In this document: one piece after another, positions 14,594 to 24,546 of the stretch | Numbering within the stretch: position 1 is the stretch's first letter | How the letters are laid out: each line of letters opens with the position of its first letter | Source: Lentisphaerota bacterium | GTDB lineage: Bacteria > Verrucomicrobiota > Kiritimatiellia > RFP12 > UBA1067 | Assembly (NCBI GenBank): GCA_015061665.1 | Contig: SUWC01000002.1 | Span: 5,227 to 69,226 of the forward strand | Direction of reading: 5' to 3' | DNA: 64,000 bases | The notes under the pieces: model-generated | Seen by the model: the letters and a program-made list of their open reading frames with translations, nothing else | Databases searched by the model: none | What the model was told of the DNA's origin: nothing | Program-made: the position numbers and the translations under genes

Positions 14594-16261
14594 TCAGAAT
14601 CTGCCTCTCTTCGTGTGTTTTCTTGTTTTTGGGGTGTGGCCCTTGGGCTCTTTGCCCTTGCGGCCCCTGAAATTCCTTTCGGACAGACCGACCGGTATGA
14701 AGTCTATGCGCCGCTGCGAATAGTCCACCTTGTCGACCGTGACCTTCATCGTGTCGCCGATGCGCCAGCTGCGCCCGCCTGCGCTGAGCGTCTGGTCGCT
14801 TTCGTTGAAGCGGACGAACGAGCGCGAGAGCCGGCTGATGTGTATCAGGCCCGAAGTCGCTATGGACGGTATTTCGACGAAGCATCCGAACGGCGTGCAC
14901 TTCGATACGACCGCCTCGTATTCGACAGGCGTGCGCGAGTCGATCTCGGCCTCAAGGAGCCTGTACTTTTTGATCTCGAGCAGCGAGCGCTCGGCCTCGG
15001 TCGCGATCTCCTCGCGTTCGCTCGTGTGCGCAGCCCACCTTTCGAGCAGCTTCTGCGGCACTCTTCCCTTGCCGTTTTCGAGGTAGGCCGCGAGCTGGCG
15101 GTGGAGCGTGAGGTCGGGGTAGCGCCTGATCGGCGAGGTGAAGTGGGCGTAGAAGCGCTTGGCGAGGCCGAAGTGCCCCATCTCGGAAGCGTCGTAGACG
15201 GCGCGCTTCATGGAGCGCAGCACCATCGTGGCGATCGTCGGGTAGAGCGGGTTGCGCTTGATAGTCTGGAGGAACTGCGCGAAGACCTTCCTGTTCTCGA
15301 GGTTGCCGCACTTGACCCCGATCGCGCCGAGCTCCGAGCGCAGCATCAAGAGCTTCTCGGGGTCGGGGGTGCCGTGGAAGCGCGCGAGGATCTTTATGCC
15401 GTTCGTCCACAGCTCCTTCGCGACCGCCTCGTTCGCGGCGACCATGCATTCCTCGACCATCTGGTGCGACTCGTCGTACGGACGCGACACGATGCCCGTC
15501 ATCTCGCCTTCGGCGTCCAGCACGACTTCGGTCTCAGGCACCTCCAGGTCGAGCGCGCCTTCCGCGAACCGAGCCGCGCGAAGCTGGCGCGCGAGGTCGT
15601 TTATCGCGCGGATGGTCTTTGCCGCCGTCTTTGAGGGCGGCTTGGCGAAAAGCGGTATGCGGCGCCTTTTCGCGCCCTTGATCTCGGGCTCCGCACCGTT
15701 GATGACGCTCATGACCTGCTCGTATGTGAAGCGGGCGGACGAGCGGATGACGGACTTCGCGAACGAGGCCGCGACCATCTTGCCGGACTTGTCGTACGTC
15801 ATGAAGACGGAGAACGCAAGCCGGTCCTCTCCGGGGACGAGCGAGCAGAGTCCGTTGGAAAGCGCCTCGGGCAGCATCGGGACAACCTTGCCCGGGAAGT
15901 AGACGCTCGTCGAGCGCTTGTAGGCCTCGCGGTCCAGCGCGGAGCCGGGGCGGACGAAGTGCGACACGTCGGCGATGTGCACGCCGAGGACGCGGCGCCC
16001 CCGCCTGTCTTTTTCAAGGGAGAGCGCGTCGTCGTAGTCCCGCGCGGTAACGGGGTCGCACGTGAAGATGAACTTCTTCCTCAGGTCGAGGCGCTTGCCC
16101 GCGTCCTTGAGGAACGAATCGCTCCTGTCGGCCTCTTCCTGCACTTCGCGCGGGAATGCCTTTGGGAGCTTGTAGAACTTCATCACCGCGGGAATGTCGT
16201 CCAGCGGCGTCTTGCCGGGCTGGGCAAACCGCCCGCCCTTGTCGTCGTAGTCTTTTGCCAT
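14594..16261 (-). CDS. rnr: RNase II/R-family 3'-5' exoribonuclease (short form: RNB + S1 + basic tail)
   Basis: RNB-domain blocks (CDPVTARDYDDALS, HIADVSHFV, GHFGLAKRFYAHFTSPIRRYPDL), a C-terminal S1-like segment and a Lys/Arg-rich tail. No N-terminal cold-shock domains are visible. Confidence 0.8.
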   Translation of the reverse strand: MAKDYDDKGGRFAQPGKTPLDDIPAVMKFYKLPKAFPREVQEEADRSDSFLKDAGKRLDLRKKFIFTCDPVTARDYDDALSLEKDRRGRRVLGVHIADVSHFVRPGSALDREAYKRSTSVYFPGKVVPMLPEALSNGLCSLVPGEDRLAFSVFMTYDKSGKMVAASFAKSVIRSSARFTYEQVMSVINGAEPEIKGAKRRRIPLFAKPPSKTAAKTIRAINDLARQLRAARFAEGALDLEVPETEVVLDAEGEMTGIVSRPYDESHQMVEECMVAANEAVAKELWTNGIKILARFHGTPDPEKLLMLRSELGAIGVKCGNLENRKVFAQFLQTIKRNPLYPTIATMVLRSMKRAVYDASEMGHFGLAKRFYAHFTSPIRRYPDLTLHRQLAAYLENGKGRVPQKLLERWAAHTSEREEIATEAERSLLEIKKYRLLEAEIDSRTPVEYEAVVSKCTPFGCFVEIPSIATSGLIHISRLSRSFVRFNESDQTLSAGGRSWRIGDTMKVTVDKVDYSQRRIDFIPVGLSERNFRGRKGKEPKGHTPKTRKHTKRGRF

Positions 16262-16376
16262 TGACTAAATTATATCAAAAATCCCGAAAGAATGTGCGAT
16301 GACAGTTCCGGCGGAAAATATGATACAATCTAGGCATTGCACCAACACGGAAAACCAACAGAGGAGGAATGCACGG

Positions 16377-17603
16377 ATGACGATTTGTGAAACGATTACA
16401 AAGCGCTTCTTCGCGCTCTGCGCGGCATTTGCCCTTGCGCACGGCGCTGCGAACGCTTCGGACGCGGCCGCGGACAGGGAGTTCTGGGTCGACACGATGG
16501 TGCGCATCGTAAACCCCGTAGTGACGAATCTCGCGTCCGGCACGCTCCACAGGAACATGCCCAGACGGCCGAAGACCTGGACTGACCCCGTCGCTGAGCT
16601 CGAGGCGTTCGGCCGCGTCATGACGGGGCTAGGCCCTTGGCTGGAGCTGCCAGACGACGCTACGCGCGAAGGCGCGCTGCGGGCGAAGATGCGGGAGGAC
16701 GTGGTCAAGGCGCTTGACAACATCACACGTCCGGATTCGCCGGACAGGATGCCGTTCGAGAAGCCGGGGCAGACGCTCGTCGACGCGGCGTTCCTCGCGC
16801 AGGGTCTCATGCGCTGCCGCACCATGGTTTGGGACAGGCTTGCGGACGGCGTGAAGAGCAATGTCGTAGATTCCCTGAAGGCGACGAGGAAGATGAAGCC
16901 GTACGAGTCGAACTGGCTGCTCTTTGCGTCGGAAATCGAGGCGTTTCTCCTTGAGACGACGGGCGAATGCGACGAGAAGCGCCTGAGGTACGGAATCGAC
17001 GCGTTCATGACGCGGAAGGGGTGGTACGTCGGCGACGGAATCTACGCCGACGGAAAGGACTTTGCCGTTGACGGATACAACTCGTTCGTAATCCAGCCGA
17101 TGATCTGGGATGTGTCGAACGTCCTTGCGCGCCACGGGATGAAGGACGGCGAGGAGTACGTCAAGAAGGCGAAGGCTCGGCTGCGGCGCTTCGCCGACAT
17201 ACAGGAGCGCATGATCGGCCCCGACGGGACGTATCCGCTTTTCGGACGATCCATCACCTACCGCTTCGGCACGTTCCACGGGCTCGCCCTCGCGGCGCTG
17301 CTCGGTCCGGAGAGCCATCCGGCGAAGCCAGGCGCGGTGAGGGGCGCGCTCACCGCGGTCCTGCGGCGGCAGACGGGTCCGGAGAACTTCCTCCCCGGCG
17401 GGTGGCTTCGCGTCGGCTTCAACGGCGAGCAGCAGATGCTTGCCGAGGGCTACATCGACTACGGCAGCGTCTACATGTGCGCTGCGGTGTTCCTGCCGCT
17501 CGGCCTGCCGGCGGACAGCGCGTTCTGGTCCGAACCGGAGAGCGACTGGACGCAGCGCGCCGCGTGGTCGGGGCGTCCCGCGCGCATCGACCACAGGTTC
17601 TAG
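16377..17603 (+). CDS. DUF2264-like secreted protein
   Basis: The start was moved to the internal ATG (Met27 of ORF 16299), which is preceded by GAGGAGG and gives a signal-peptide-like N-terminus (KRFFALCAAFALAHGAANA). The family call is from memory of DUF2264 proteins found next to glycan-degradation genes. Confidence 0.55.
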   Translation: MTICETITKRFFALCAAFALAHGAANASDAAADREFWVDTMVRIVNPVVTNLASGTLHRNMPRRPKTWTDPVAELEAFGRVMTGLGPWLELPDDATREGALRAKMREDVVKALDNITRPDSPDRMPFEKPGQTLVDAAFLAQGLMRCRTMVWDRLADGVKSNVVDSLKATRKMKPYESNWLLFASEIEAFLLETTGECDEKRLRYGIDAFMTRKGWYVGDGIYADGKDFAVDGYNSFVIQPMIWDVSNVLARHGMKDGEEYVKKAKARLRRFADIQERMIGPDGTYPLFGRSITYRFGTFHGLALAALLGPESHPAKPGAVRGALTAVLRRQTGPENFLPGGWLRVGFNGEQQMLAEGYIDYGSVYMCAAVFLPLGLPADSAFWSEPESDWTQRAAWSGRPARIDHRF

Positions 17604-17650
17604 TCCGACCGCAAGCTTCCCCGTTGCCTTTAATCGCGGATAATGATATA

Positions 17651-18394
17651 ATGGTGGTTGTGAAAAAATCAGAATCGAAAAAGATCAAATACAGCCGCAT
17701 TCTCCTCAAACTCTCCGGCGAAGCGCTCGGGAACAAGGAGACGGGCGAATGCATTGACCAGAAACGCCTTGCCTTTATGGCGGAGCGCGTCAAAAAAGTG
17801 CGCTCTCTCGGCGTTCAGGTCGGCATAGTCCTTGGCGGCGGAAACATCTTCCGCGGGCTTTCGGGCCAGGGCAAGGGCGTCGACCGGGTGACGGGCGACT
17901 CCATGGGAATGCTCGCGACCGTCATCAACGGCCTGGCGATGATGAACGCGCTTGAGTCGGTAGGCGTGCCGGCGCGCGTGATGACGGCGCAGGACATGCC
18001 GAGGATCGCGGAGTCCTTCGTCCAGCGCAAGGCCCTTAGGCACCTCGAGAATGGCGACGTGGTTATATTCGCGGGCGGAACGGGCAATCCGTTCTTCTCG
18101 ACCGATTCGGCAGCCGCGCTCCGCGCGAGCGAGATTGGCGCCAGCGCGCTGCTCAAGGCGACGAACGTCGACGGCATATACACGGCCGACCCGAAGAAGG
18201 ACCCCAAGGCGGTCAAGTACGATTCGCTCGACTACTCGACGGCGCTTGCGAAGCGGCTGAAGGTCATGGACTCTGCTGCGTTCGCCCTCTGCATGGAGAA
18301 CGAGATCCCGATCGTGGTGTTCGACTTTTTCGACGGGAACGCGCTCGAGCGCGTAGTGAAGGGCGGCAAGGTCGGAACGATCGTGAGCGCCTGA
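17651..18394 (+). CDS. pyrH: UMP kinase
   Basis: The internal Met84 of ORF 17402 gives a 247-aa protein with YSRILLKLSGEALG, GIVLGGGNIFRG and ATNVDGIYTADPKKDP blocks. The upstream part of the track ORF overlaps the previous gene and is non-coding in this frame. Confidence 0.93.
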   Translation: MVVVKKSESKKIKYSRILLKLSGEALGNKETGECIDQKRLAFMAERVKKVRSLGVQVGIVLGGGNIFRGLSGQGKGVDRVTGDSMGMLATVINGLAMMNALESVGVPARVMTAQDMPRIAESFVQRKALRHLENGDVVIFAGGTGNPFFSTDSAAALRASEIGASALLKATNVDGIYTADPKKDPKAVKYDSLDYSTALAKRLKVMDSAAFALCMENEIPIVVFDFFDGNALERVVKGGKVGTIVSA

Positions 18395-18430
18395 AGGAAG
18401 GCACCTGACATTTAGAAAGGCAACATAAAG

Positions 18431-18994
18431 ATGGAAACCACAGCAGAAGTCATTAACGACGCCAACGTCAAGATCCAGAAGAGCTTCGATGCGCTCAAGG
18501 CCCAGTTCGCCGGCCTTCGCACCGGCAAGGCTTCCCCCGCGATGGTCGACCAGATCAGGGTTGACTACTACGGCGCACCCACGCCGATCAAGAACCTCGG
18601 CACGATTTCCACGCCCGAGCCCCGCCAGATCAAGATCACCCCGTTCGACCCGACCGTCCTGGCCGAGATGAACAAGGCGATCCTCGCCGCGAACATCGGC
18701 GTCACGCCGCAGACTGACGGCAAGGTTCTCCGCATTACGGTTCCCGAGCTCAACGAGCAGCGCCGCAAGGAGATCGTCAAGGTCGCGAAGACGCAGGCCG
18801 AGGCCCAGAAGGTCGCGATGCGCAACGTCCGCCGCGATGCGAACGAGACGGCCAAGAAGCTCGAGAAGGACAAGAAGATTTCCGAGGACGAGCTCAAGCA
18901 GGCCCTGGACAAGATCCAGAAGGCGACCGACGCGGGAATCGCGAAGATCGACGCCGAGCTCAAGGCCAAGGAAGCCGAAGTGATGTCCGTCTAA
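18431..18994 (+). CDS. frr: Ribosome recycling factor
   Basis: 187 aa with typical Frr blocks (VDYYGAPTPIKNLGTISTPEPRQIKITPFD, RNVRRDANE). It shows the classical pyrH-frr linkage. Confidence 0.95.
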   Translation: METTAEVINDANVKIQKSFDALKAQFAGLRTGKASPAMVDQIRVDYYGAPTPIKNLGTISTPEPRQIKITPFDPTVLAEMNKAILAANIGVTPQTDGKVLRITVPELNEQRRKEIVKVAKTQAEAQKVAMRNVRRDANETAKKLEKDKKISEDELKQALDKIQKATDAGIAKIDAELKAKEAEVMSV

Positions 18995-19022
18995 CGGTCT
19001 TACCTCAAGGAGGGTAGTTGAC

Positions 19023-19922
19023 ATGGCAGAAGAAACAGTGAAGCCCGTAAGCCTGAGTCCGATCAGCGCCGCTAAGCCGCCCGTCGCCAATCCCATGGGC
19101 GCCGAGGCGTCCGAGCATGCGGCGACGCTCAAGCTCAAGCCCGTGATCCGCAAGCCTACCATCGGCGGCGGCACGCCTATCGCGGCAGGAATCAAGCTCC
19201 CCGCCGCCCCCGCGGCAGCTAAGCCGGCCGCCCCCGCCGCTCCCGCCGCGCCTGCAGCCGCCGAGCCGCCCGTGATGGAGCAGCTCAAGACGGTCACGCA
19301 GAAGCTCAAGGGCGTTACGCAGCAGATTCCCCAGCAGGCGATTCTCCGCAAGACGGGAATCATCGCGGACCAGGCCCTTACCGATGCTCAGAAGCAGGCC
19401 TCCAAGGCCCGCACGGCCCGCATTTCGCTTTCTGACGCCATGGGCGTCGCCCCCGTGAAGAACGAGGCGGCTCCCATGAAGACGATCCGCATCAAGCGCC
19501 CCAGCGCGCCTGTCCCCACTCCCGCAACGGTCGCTCCCGCGATTGCGCCGGAAGCGGGCGCCGCGCAGCCCGAGGTCCAGAACGGGGCTCCCGCCGTTGA
19601 CGAGGCGACCGTCACCCAGCGCAAGACCCTCAGGGTCTCCCGCCCCGGCGCTCCTGGCCGCGGGCCCAAGTTCGGCGTCAAGAAGCCCGGCGCACCCGCT
19701 GCGGACAAAGCCGATGGAGCCGTTGCCGACATCCCCGAAGTTGCCGACATCCCCGACATGCCAGCCGTGTCCGCGCTGTCGATGCAGCCGGAGAAGGAAG
19801 GCGTCGAGGATGTTCCCGCCTTCGTCGGAGTCCTTGGACTGATCGTTCAGGTCGCCGCCTGCATAGTCATCGGCGTTCTTGGTTGGTGGCTCTACCAGGA
19901 TACCCAGGTGGCTACTTTCTAA
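19023..19922 (+). CDS. Pro/Ala-rich protein with a C-terminal TM anchor
   Basis: 299-aa ORF with low-complexity PAAPAAAKPAAPAAPAAPAAAEPP tracts and a hydrophobic C-terminus (FVGVLGLIVQVAACIVIGVLGWWLY). No family was recognised. Confidence 0.5.
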   Translation: MAEETVKPVSLSPISAAKPPVANPMGAEASEHAATLKLKPVIRKPTIGGGTPIAAGIKLPAAPAAAKPAAPAAPAAPAAAEPPVMEQLKTVTQKLKGVTQQIPQQAILRKTGIIADQALTDAQKQASKARTARISLSDAMGVAPVKNEAAPMKTIRIKRPSAPVPTPATVAPAIAPEAGAAQPEVQNGAPAVDEATVTQRKTLRVSRPGAPGRGPKFGVKKPGAPAADKADGAVADIPEVADIPDMPAVSALSMQPEKEGVEDVPAFVGVLGLIVQVAACIVIGVLGWWLYQDTQVATF

Positions 19923-19934
19923 ACTGAAGCAAAG

Positions 19935-20819
19935 ATGCGCAAGTGGACCGCGATTGCGTTCGCAACCGTCCTTGAGACGGTTTCCGATCCGCTTGCGCTT
20001 CTTTTGACGGCAAGCGCTCTGACGCTTGCCGTTTTGTCTCCCCGCCTTCACTACCACCAGTTCGGCGAACCCTCGCGCATGGCGCGCGAGGCAGGACTGT
20101 CCGCCATGCTTGTCTTCGGCCTTGCATACGTTGTCTTTGGAGCGGTGAAGGCGATCAGGCGCGAGATTGAGTCCGGCACGATACAGATGGCTCTTTCGCA
20201 CCCCATCTCGCGCGCCTCTTTCTTCACGGCCAAGGTCGCAGGCGTTTTCGCCTCGTACATGGTGTTCTTCATCACGGTGTTCTGCGCTTCGCTTGCGGCG
20301 GTGCGCGGGTCGGAGATCGGAGCCGAAATCGCCTCCGCCAACGGGACGCTGCCGCTTATGTGGGGGCCTTCCTTCGCGTTCGCCTTCTCGGCGCTTGCCG
20401 TCGCCCCGATCGTCGCCGCCGCGCTGAACAGGTTCATGGGCTTCAGGTTCGTCCCTACGTGCGCGATGTGCGCGCTCGCAGTCTCAGTAGCGTCGGCATT
20501 CTACCGTCCGGACCTCGCCCTTGCGCTGCGCTATCTCGGGGCGGCATCGGCGCTTCCTTTCCCAGCCGCCGTGTTCGTGTCCGTCGCAGGCGCGGCAGCT
20601 GCGAGGCTCAAGGACCACGCAGCCGTCTCCGTCTCGCTTTTCGCGATCCTGCTTTCGCTGCCTATTCTCGGCAACTACTACCTTCCGAACGAACTGACTG
20701 ACGGCGGTTCCGTGTCGCCAGGCTATCTGGCAATGTCTTTTCTGGCGGCGATGCCCCTTGCCGCCGCTGCGCTTGTTGCCGGCGTCCAGTTGTTCAAGGG
20801 GCGCGACATGGCGGAGTGA
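19935..20819 (+). CDS. ABC-2-type transporter permease-like membrane protein
   Basis: 294 aa with multiple TM segments and an E.GTIQMALSHPISR motif like ABC-2 permeases. Its stop overlaps the following ABC ATPase. Confidence 0.55.
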   Translation: MRKWTAIAFATVLETVSDPLALLLTASALTLAVLSPRLHYHQFGEPSRMAREAGLSAMLVFGLAYVVFGAVKAIRREIESGTIQMALSHPISRASFFTAKVAGVFASYMVFFITVFCASLAAVRGSEIGAEIASANGTLPLMWGPSFAFAFSALAVAPIVAAALNRFMGFRFVPTCAMCALAVSVASAFYRPDLALALRYLGAASALPFPAAVFVSVAGAAAARLKDHAAVSVSLFAILLSLPILGNYYLPNELTDGGSVSPGYLAMSFLAAMPLAAAALVAGVQLFKGRDMAE

Positions 20820-21598
20820 CGATGAACGAAAACGCTATAGAACTCAAGGGCGTCTCCAAGACCTTTCGCGATTTCTGGCTGCGTCCGACAGTGAAGGCCG
20901 TCGACGGACTCGACATGACGGTCCGAAAGGGAGAGGTGTTTGGCCTTCTCGGCCCGAACGGAAGCGGAAAGTCGACGACAATCAAGATCATACTCGGACT
21001 CCTGACGCCGTCCGCCGGAAGCGTCACGCTTTTCGGCCTGCCGCCGAAGTCCGTCGAGGCGCGCAATCGCCTTGGCTACCTCCCCGAGCTCAGCTACCTT
21101 CACCCGTTCCTGACGGCGCGCGAGACTCTGATGTACTATGCGGGGCTCTGCGGACTCGACAGGCGCGTGTCGCGCGAACGCACTGACGAACTCCTCGACA
21201 TGATCGGGCTTTCCGACGTCGCGAAGCGCCCTGTCGGCGGCTTCTCCAAGGGCATGGCCAGGCGCGTCGCGCTTGCAAGCGCGCTGGTCGGGCGTCCCGA
21301 GCTGCTGATCCTCGACGAACCGACGTCCGGGCTCGACCCTGTTTCGACCAACGAGGTGAAGACGCTCGTCAAGACGCTCGCGAAGGGCGGGATGACCATC
21401 CTCACGACTTCGCACCTGCTCGCCGACGCAGGCGACATGTGCGACAGGGTGATGATACTCGACCGCGGCAAAACCGCCGCGGAAGGGTGGATGGACGAGC
21501 TCGGCACGTCGCTGGAGAAGTTCTTCCTCGCCAAGGTCGGCGAGGGACGCGATTTCAAGATCGCCCCGTTCCTGCTTGAGGCGGGAGGCGAGTCTTGA
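20816..21598 (+). CDS. ABC transporter ATP-binding protein
   Basis: Walker A GPNGSGKSTT, signature-like FSKGMARRVALASAL and Walker B LLILDEPTSGLD. Confidence 0.9.
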   Translation: MTMNENAIELKGVSKTFRDFWLRPTVKAVDGLDMTVRKGEVFGLLGPNGSGKSTTIKIILGLLTPSAGSVTLFGLPPKSVEARNRLGYLPELSYLHPFLTARETLMYYAGLCGLDRRVSRERTDELLDMIGLSDVAKRPVGGFSKGMARRVALASALVGRPELLILDEPTSGLDPVSTNEVKTLVKTLAKGGMTILTTSHLLADAGDMCDRVMILDRGKTAAEGWMDELGTSLEKFFLAKVGEGRDFKIAPFLLEAGGES

Positions 21599-22845
21599 AG
21601 GCGTTTCTTGAAATCGTCCGGCTTGAGCTGAGGCGCCTGTCGCGCTCGAAGGCGCTGGCCGCGCTTGCGGCGGTGTCGCTAGTCTGGATGTTCGCGTTTC
21701 CGCACTTCGTGAAGAGCGACGGAACGGTCACGGGCGCGCGCGAGCTGTATGTCCATTTCTCGCTCGGCGGCGTCTTCGTCATCTGCCTCGTCGCGCTTGC
21801 GGCCTCGGCTGCCGGCTCCCTGTCGCACGAGCGCGCGCAGAAGCGCCTGCAGCTTACCGCCGTGCGTCCGGTGCGCATCTTCACGCTCGCGCTTGCTCGC
21901 TCGGCGGCGCTGACGCTTGCGGGCGCCCTCGTGCTCGCGCTGTCGGCCGCGGTCCTCGCGTTCAACGTCGACCTTTCGCGCCCGTGCGACAAGGTGCTGT
22001 CGCCTGTCATGGAAAGCCCGAGGGCCGAAGCCGAGAAGATGTACGACTACTACATGGCGAGCCCCGAGACGCCGGACGACGTGAAGAAGGCGAAGAAGTC
22101 CGTCGTGCTGCGCCTTCTCACGCAGCGCGCGTTCGACAACTACATGTCCATTCCGGCGGGCGATACCGCCTCGTGGACATTCGACGCTCCCGAGGAGGGC
22201 GAGCTCGCTGTGCGCCTGCGCTTTACGAACGACTTCGAGACGCGGCAGGACGTCGTGGGTGAGTTCCGGCTAGGTTCTCGCAACGGAGTAATGACGAACA
22301 TCACGCAGGCAGTCGTCCGAGTGCCGCTTTCGGAACGCGGTGGCGCCGCGGCAGGCGAGAGGGGCGTCCTGAACTTCAGGAACAACGGCGACGCGGGGTT
22401 GATGCTGCGCCCGAGAAGGGACATCAACCTTCTCGTGAAGGCCGATTCGTTTGGCTGGAACGTTGTCCGGGCTTACCTCGAGCTCGTCTCCATCCTCGCG
22501 CTGACTATTTCGTTCGGAGTGTTCCTTGGCGCGGGGCTCGGACGCTCCGTCGCAGTCTTCACGATGGTTTCGGTGATCTTCGTGTCCGTCGCAAGCTCGG
22601 ACATAATCGAGCTTTACCCCGACCAGCTGGAGAAGGACAGCAAGGACAGCGTCGGCCTTGCGATAACGAGGACTGTCGAGCGGATGACGCGTCCGGCGGT
22701 CTCGTTCCGTCCTCTTGCCGCGCTTGCCGCCGACGAGCGCGTGGAGCCTCGCGAAGTGGCGTCGGCGCTTGCGGTGGACCTTGTGGCGTTTCCATTCGTC
22801 CTTTCGTTGCTCTCCGCTTTTGCGATTGTCCGCAAGCAAGAGTGA
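21595..22845 (+). CDS. Polytopic membrane protein (probable partner of the preceding ABC ATPase)
   Basis: 416 aa with hydrophobic N- and C-terminal segments around a soluble central domain. It overlaps the ATPase stop by 4 nt. Confidence 0.5.
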   Translation: MKAFLEIVRLELRRLSRSKALAALAAVSLVWMFAFPHFVKSDGTVTGARELYVHFSLGGVFVICLVALAASAAGSLSHERAQKRLQLTAVRPVRIFTLALARSAALTLAGALVLALSAAVLAFNVDLSRPCDKVLSPVMESPRAEAEKMYDYYMASPETPDDVKKAKKSVVLRLLTQRAFDNYMSIPAGDTASWTFDAPEEGELAVRLRFTNDFETRQDVVGEFRLGSRNGVMTNITQAVVRVPLSERGGAAAGERGVLNFRNNGDAGLMLRPRRDINLLVKADSFGWNVVRAYLELVSILALTISFGVFLGAGLGRSVAVFTMVSVIFVSVASSDIIELYPDQLEKDSKDSVGLAITRTVERMTRPAVSFRPLAALAADERVEPREVASALAVDLVAFPFVLSLLSAFAIVRKQE

Positions 22846-22915
22846 AAGTCTTAACATTCCCTTAACTTTCGCCGGATATAATATGAGGCGTCAAACAAAG
22901 AAAGGAGTCTGCAAT

Positions 22916-23791
22916 ATGAAAAACAGAAAAGTTATGCTTGCGGCGCTTTCGTTCGGCGCCGTCGCGATGCTGGCCGTCACGACCGCCTGCGCAAAGGGCG
23001 AGCCGAAGGGCGACAGCTCGACAAAGACGTCCGAGAGCTCGGTCGTCACCAACGAGAACGGAAGCGTCTCGCGTACGTTCACCGAATGCAACGTAACGAC
23101 GAACGGCAGCATGGTCACCGAGCGCAGGCGCGAGACGCGCACGACGATGGATACGGACGGCAACGTCCTCGAGTCGTCCACGAGCGAGTATGCGCAGAGC
23201 TACACCGTCGGCGACTTCATGCCCGCCGAGCCGCGCCCCTCGATAAAGGACAAGCCGGCCGCAGAAGGGGAGGCCTCGTCTGCGGAGGGCGGTTCCGATT
23301 CCTTCATGGGGCTCAAGTTCGGCGACGTAGTGGAGGCGAAGGAGTTCACGTCCGACCCGACTGAGCCGACGCTCCTGCGCACGACGTTCGTCCCGAAGAA
23401 GGCGCTTGCCGAGTTCGACGACTACTACGTCTACGTGACGCCGAAGTCGCACAAGGTCGTCAAGGTCTATGCGTGCGCGAAGAACGCGGTCGACCCCGGT
23501 GCGAGCTGGCGCAGGCACTACCTCATCGAGGCCCTCGAGAAGCGCTACGGCACCTGGGCGCGTCCGCGCAGTTCGTTCCGCCCCATCTACTCGTTCGACA
23601 TCGGCGGCGGACGCTACGTGACCGCCTGCCTCGCCGGCGCGAGCTGCGACTACGAGACGGTGCTGGTCGGATGGGATGACGCCATGCTGACCGTAGCCGC
23701 GAACGAGACGGAGGAGCTTCGCAACGAGGCGCGCAAGAACGCGCGCGAGAAGCGCAAGGCGCGCGTAAGCGACGCGGCGGCGGCATTCTGA
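22916..23791 (+). CDS. Putative lipoprotein
   Basis: The internal Met68 of ORF 22715 is preceded by AAAGGAG. The N-terminus MKNRKVMLAALSFGAVAMLAVTTAC looks like a lipoprotein signal peptide. No family was recognised. Confidence 0.55.
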   Translation: MKNRKVMLAALSFGAVAMLAVTTACAKGEPKGDSSTKTSESSVVTNENGSVSRTFTECNVTTNGSMVTERRRETRTTMDTDGNVLESSTSEYAQSYTVGDFMPAEPRPSIKDKPAAEGEASSAEGGSDSFMGLKFGDVVEAKEFTSDPTEPTLLRTTFVPKKALAEFDDYYVYVTPKSHKVVKVYACAKNAVDPGASWRRHYLIEALEKRYGTWARPRSSFRPIYSFDIGGGRYVTACLAGASCDYETVLVGWDDAMLTVAANETEELRNEARKNAREKRKARVSDAAAAF

Positions 23792-23820
23792 GATTTCTGG
23801 TCCTATAGGAAGAAACAAAC

Positions 23821-24546
23821 ATGCTAGAAGTAAAGAACCTGAAGAAGAGCTTCGGCGACTTCGAGGCGGTGAAGGGGATTTCCTTCACCGTCCCGAAGGG
23901 CGAAGTCCTGGGCTTTCTCGGTCCCAACGGAGCGGGAAAATCGACAACCATGCGCATGATCACCGGCTTCCTGCCGCCTAGCGCCGGAACGGCCGTGATA
24001 TGCGGGCACGACATATCGTCCGACCCCATCGGCGCCAAGAAGTGCCTGGGCTACCTGCCCGAGGCGGCTCCGAGCTACCGGCAGATGGTCGTCGAGGAGT
24101 ATCTGCGCTTCATCGCCGAGATACGCGGCTTCCGCGGAGCGGACGCGAAGCGCCGCGTGGACGACGTCATCGCGCGCGCGCGGCTCGAGACCGTCGCCCG
24201 CAAGACTATCGAGACGCTTTCCAAGGGCTACCGCCAGCGCACCGCGATGGCCCAGGCCATCATCCACGACCCGAAGGTACTCATCATGGACGAGCCGACC
24301 GACGGACTCGACCCCAACCAGAAGCACACGGTCCGCGAGATGATCAAGGAGATGTCCGCCGAGAAGGCCATAGTCATCTCAACCCACATCCTCGAGGAGG
24401 TAGACGCGGTCTGCACCCGCGCCATCGTCATTTCAGGAGGCGAGATCAAGGCCGACGGCACGCCCGCCGAACTCAAGGCGCTTGACCCGTCCGGACGCCT
24501 CGACGTCGTGTTCCGCAAGCTCACATCTGCGGAGGAAGGCAAATGA
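23821..24546 (+). CDS. ABC transporter ATP-binding protein (GldA-like)
   Basis: Walker A GPNGAGKSTT, signature LSKGYRQRTAMAQAI and Walker B VLIMDEPTDGLD. It is followed by a GldF/GldG-like gene. Confidence 0.9.
   Translation: MLEVKNLKKSFGDFEAVKGISFTVPKGEVLGFLGPNGAGKSTTMRMITGFLPPSAGTAVICGHDISSDPIGAKKCLGYLPEAAPSYRQMVVEEYLRFIAEIRGFRGADAKRRVDDVIARARLETVARKTIETLSKGYRQRTAMAQAIIHDPKVLIMDEPTDGLDPNQKHTVREMIKEMSAEKAIVISTHILEEVDAVCTRAIVISGGEIKADGTPAELKALDPSGRLDVVFRKLTSAEEGK

Noticed and set aside
17644-17652. TGATATAAT box considered as the pyrH promoter.
   Set aside because: It overlaps the best pyrH start codon (ATG 17651), so it cannot be listed as a promoter with confidence. It is kept only as a note in the extended -10 finding.
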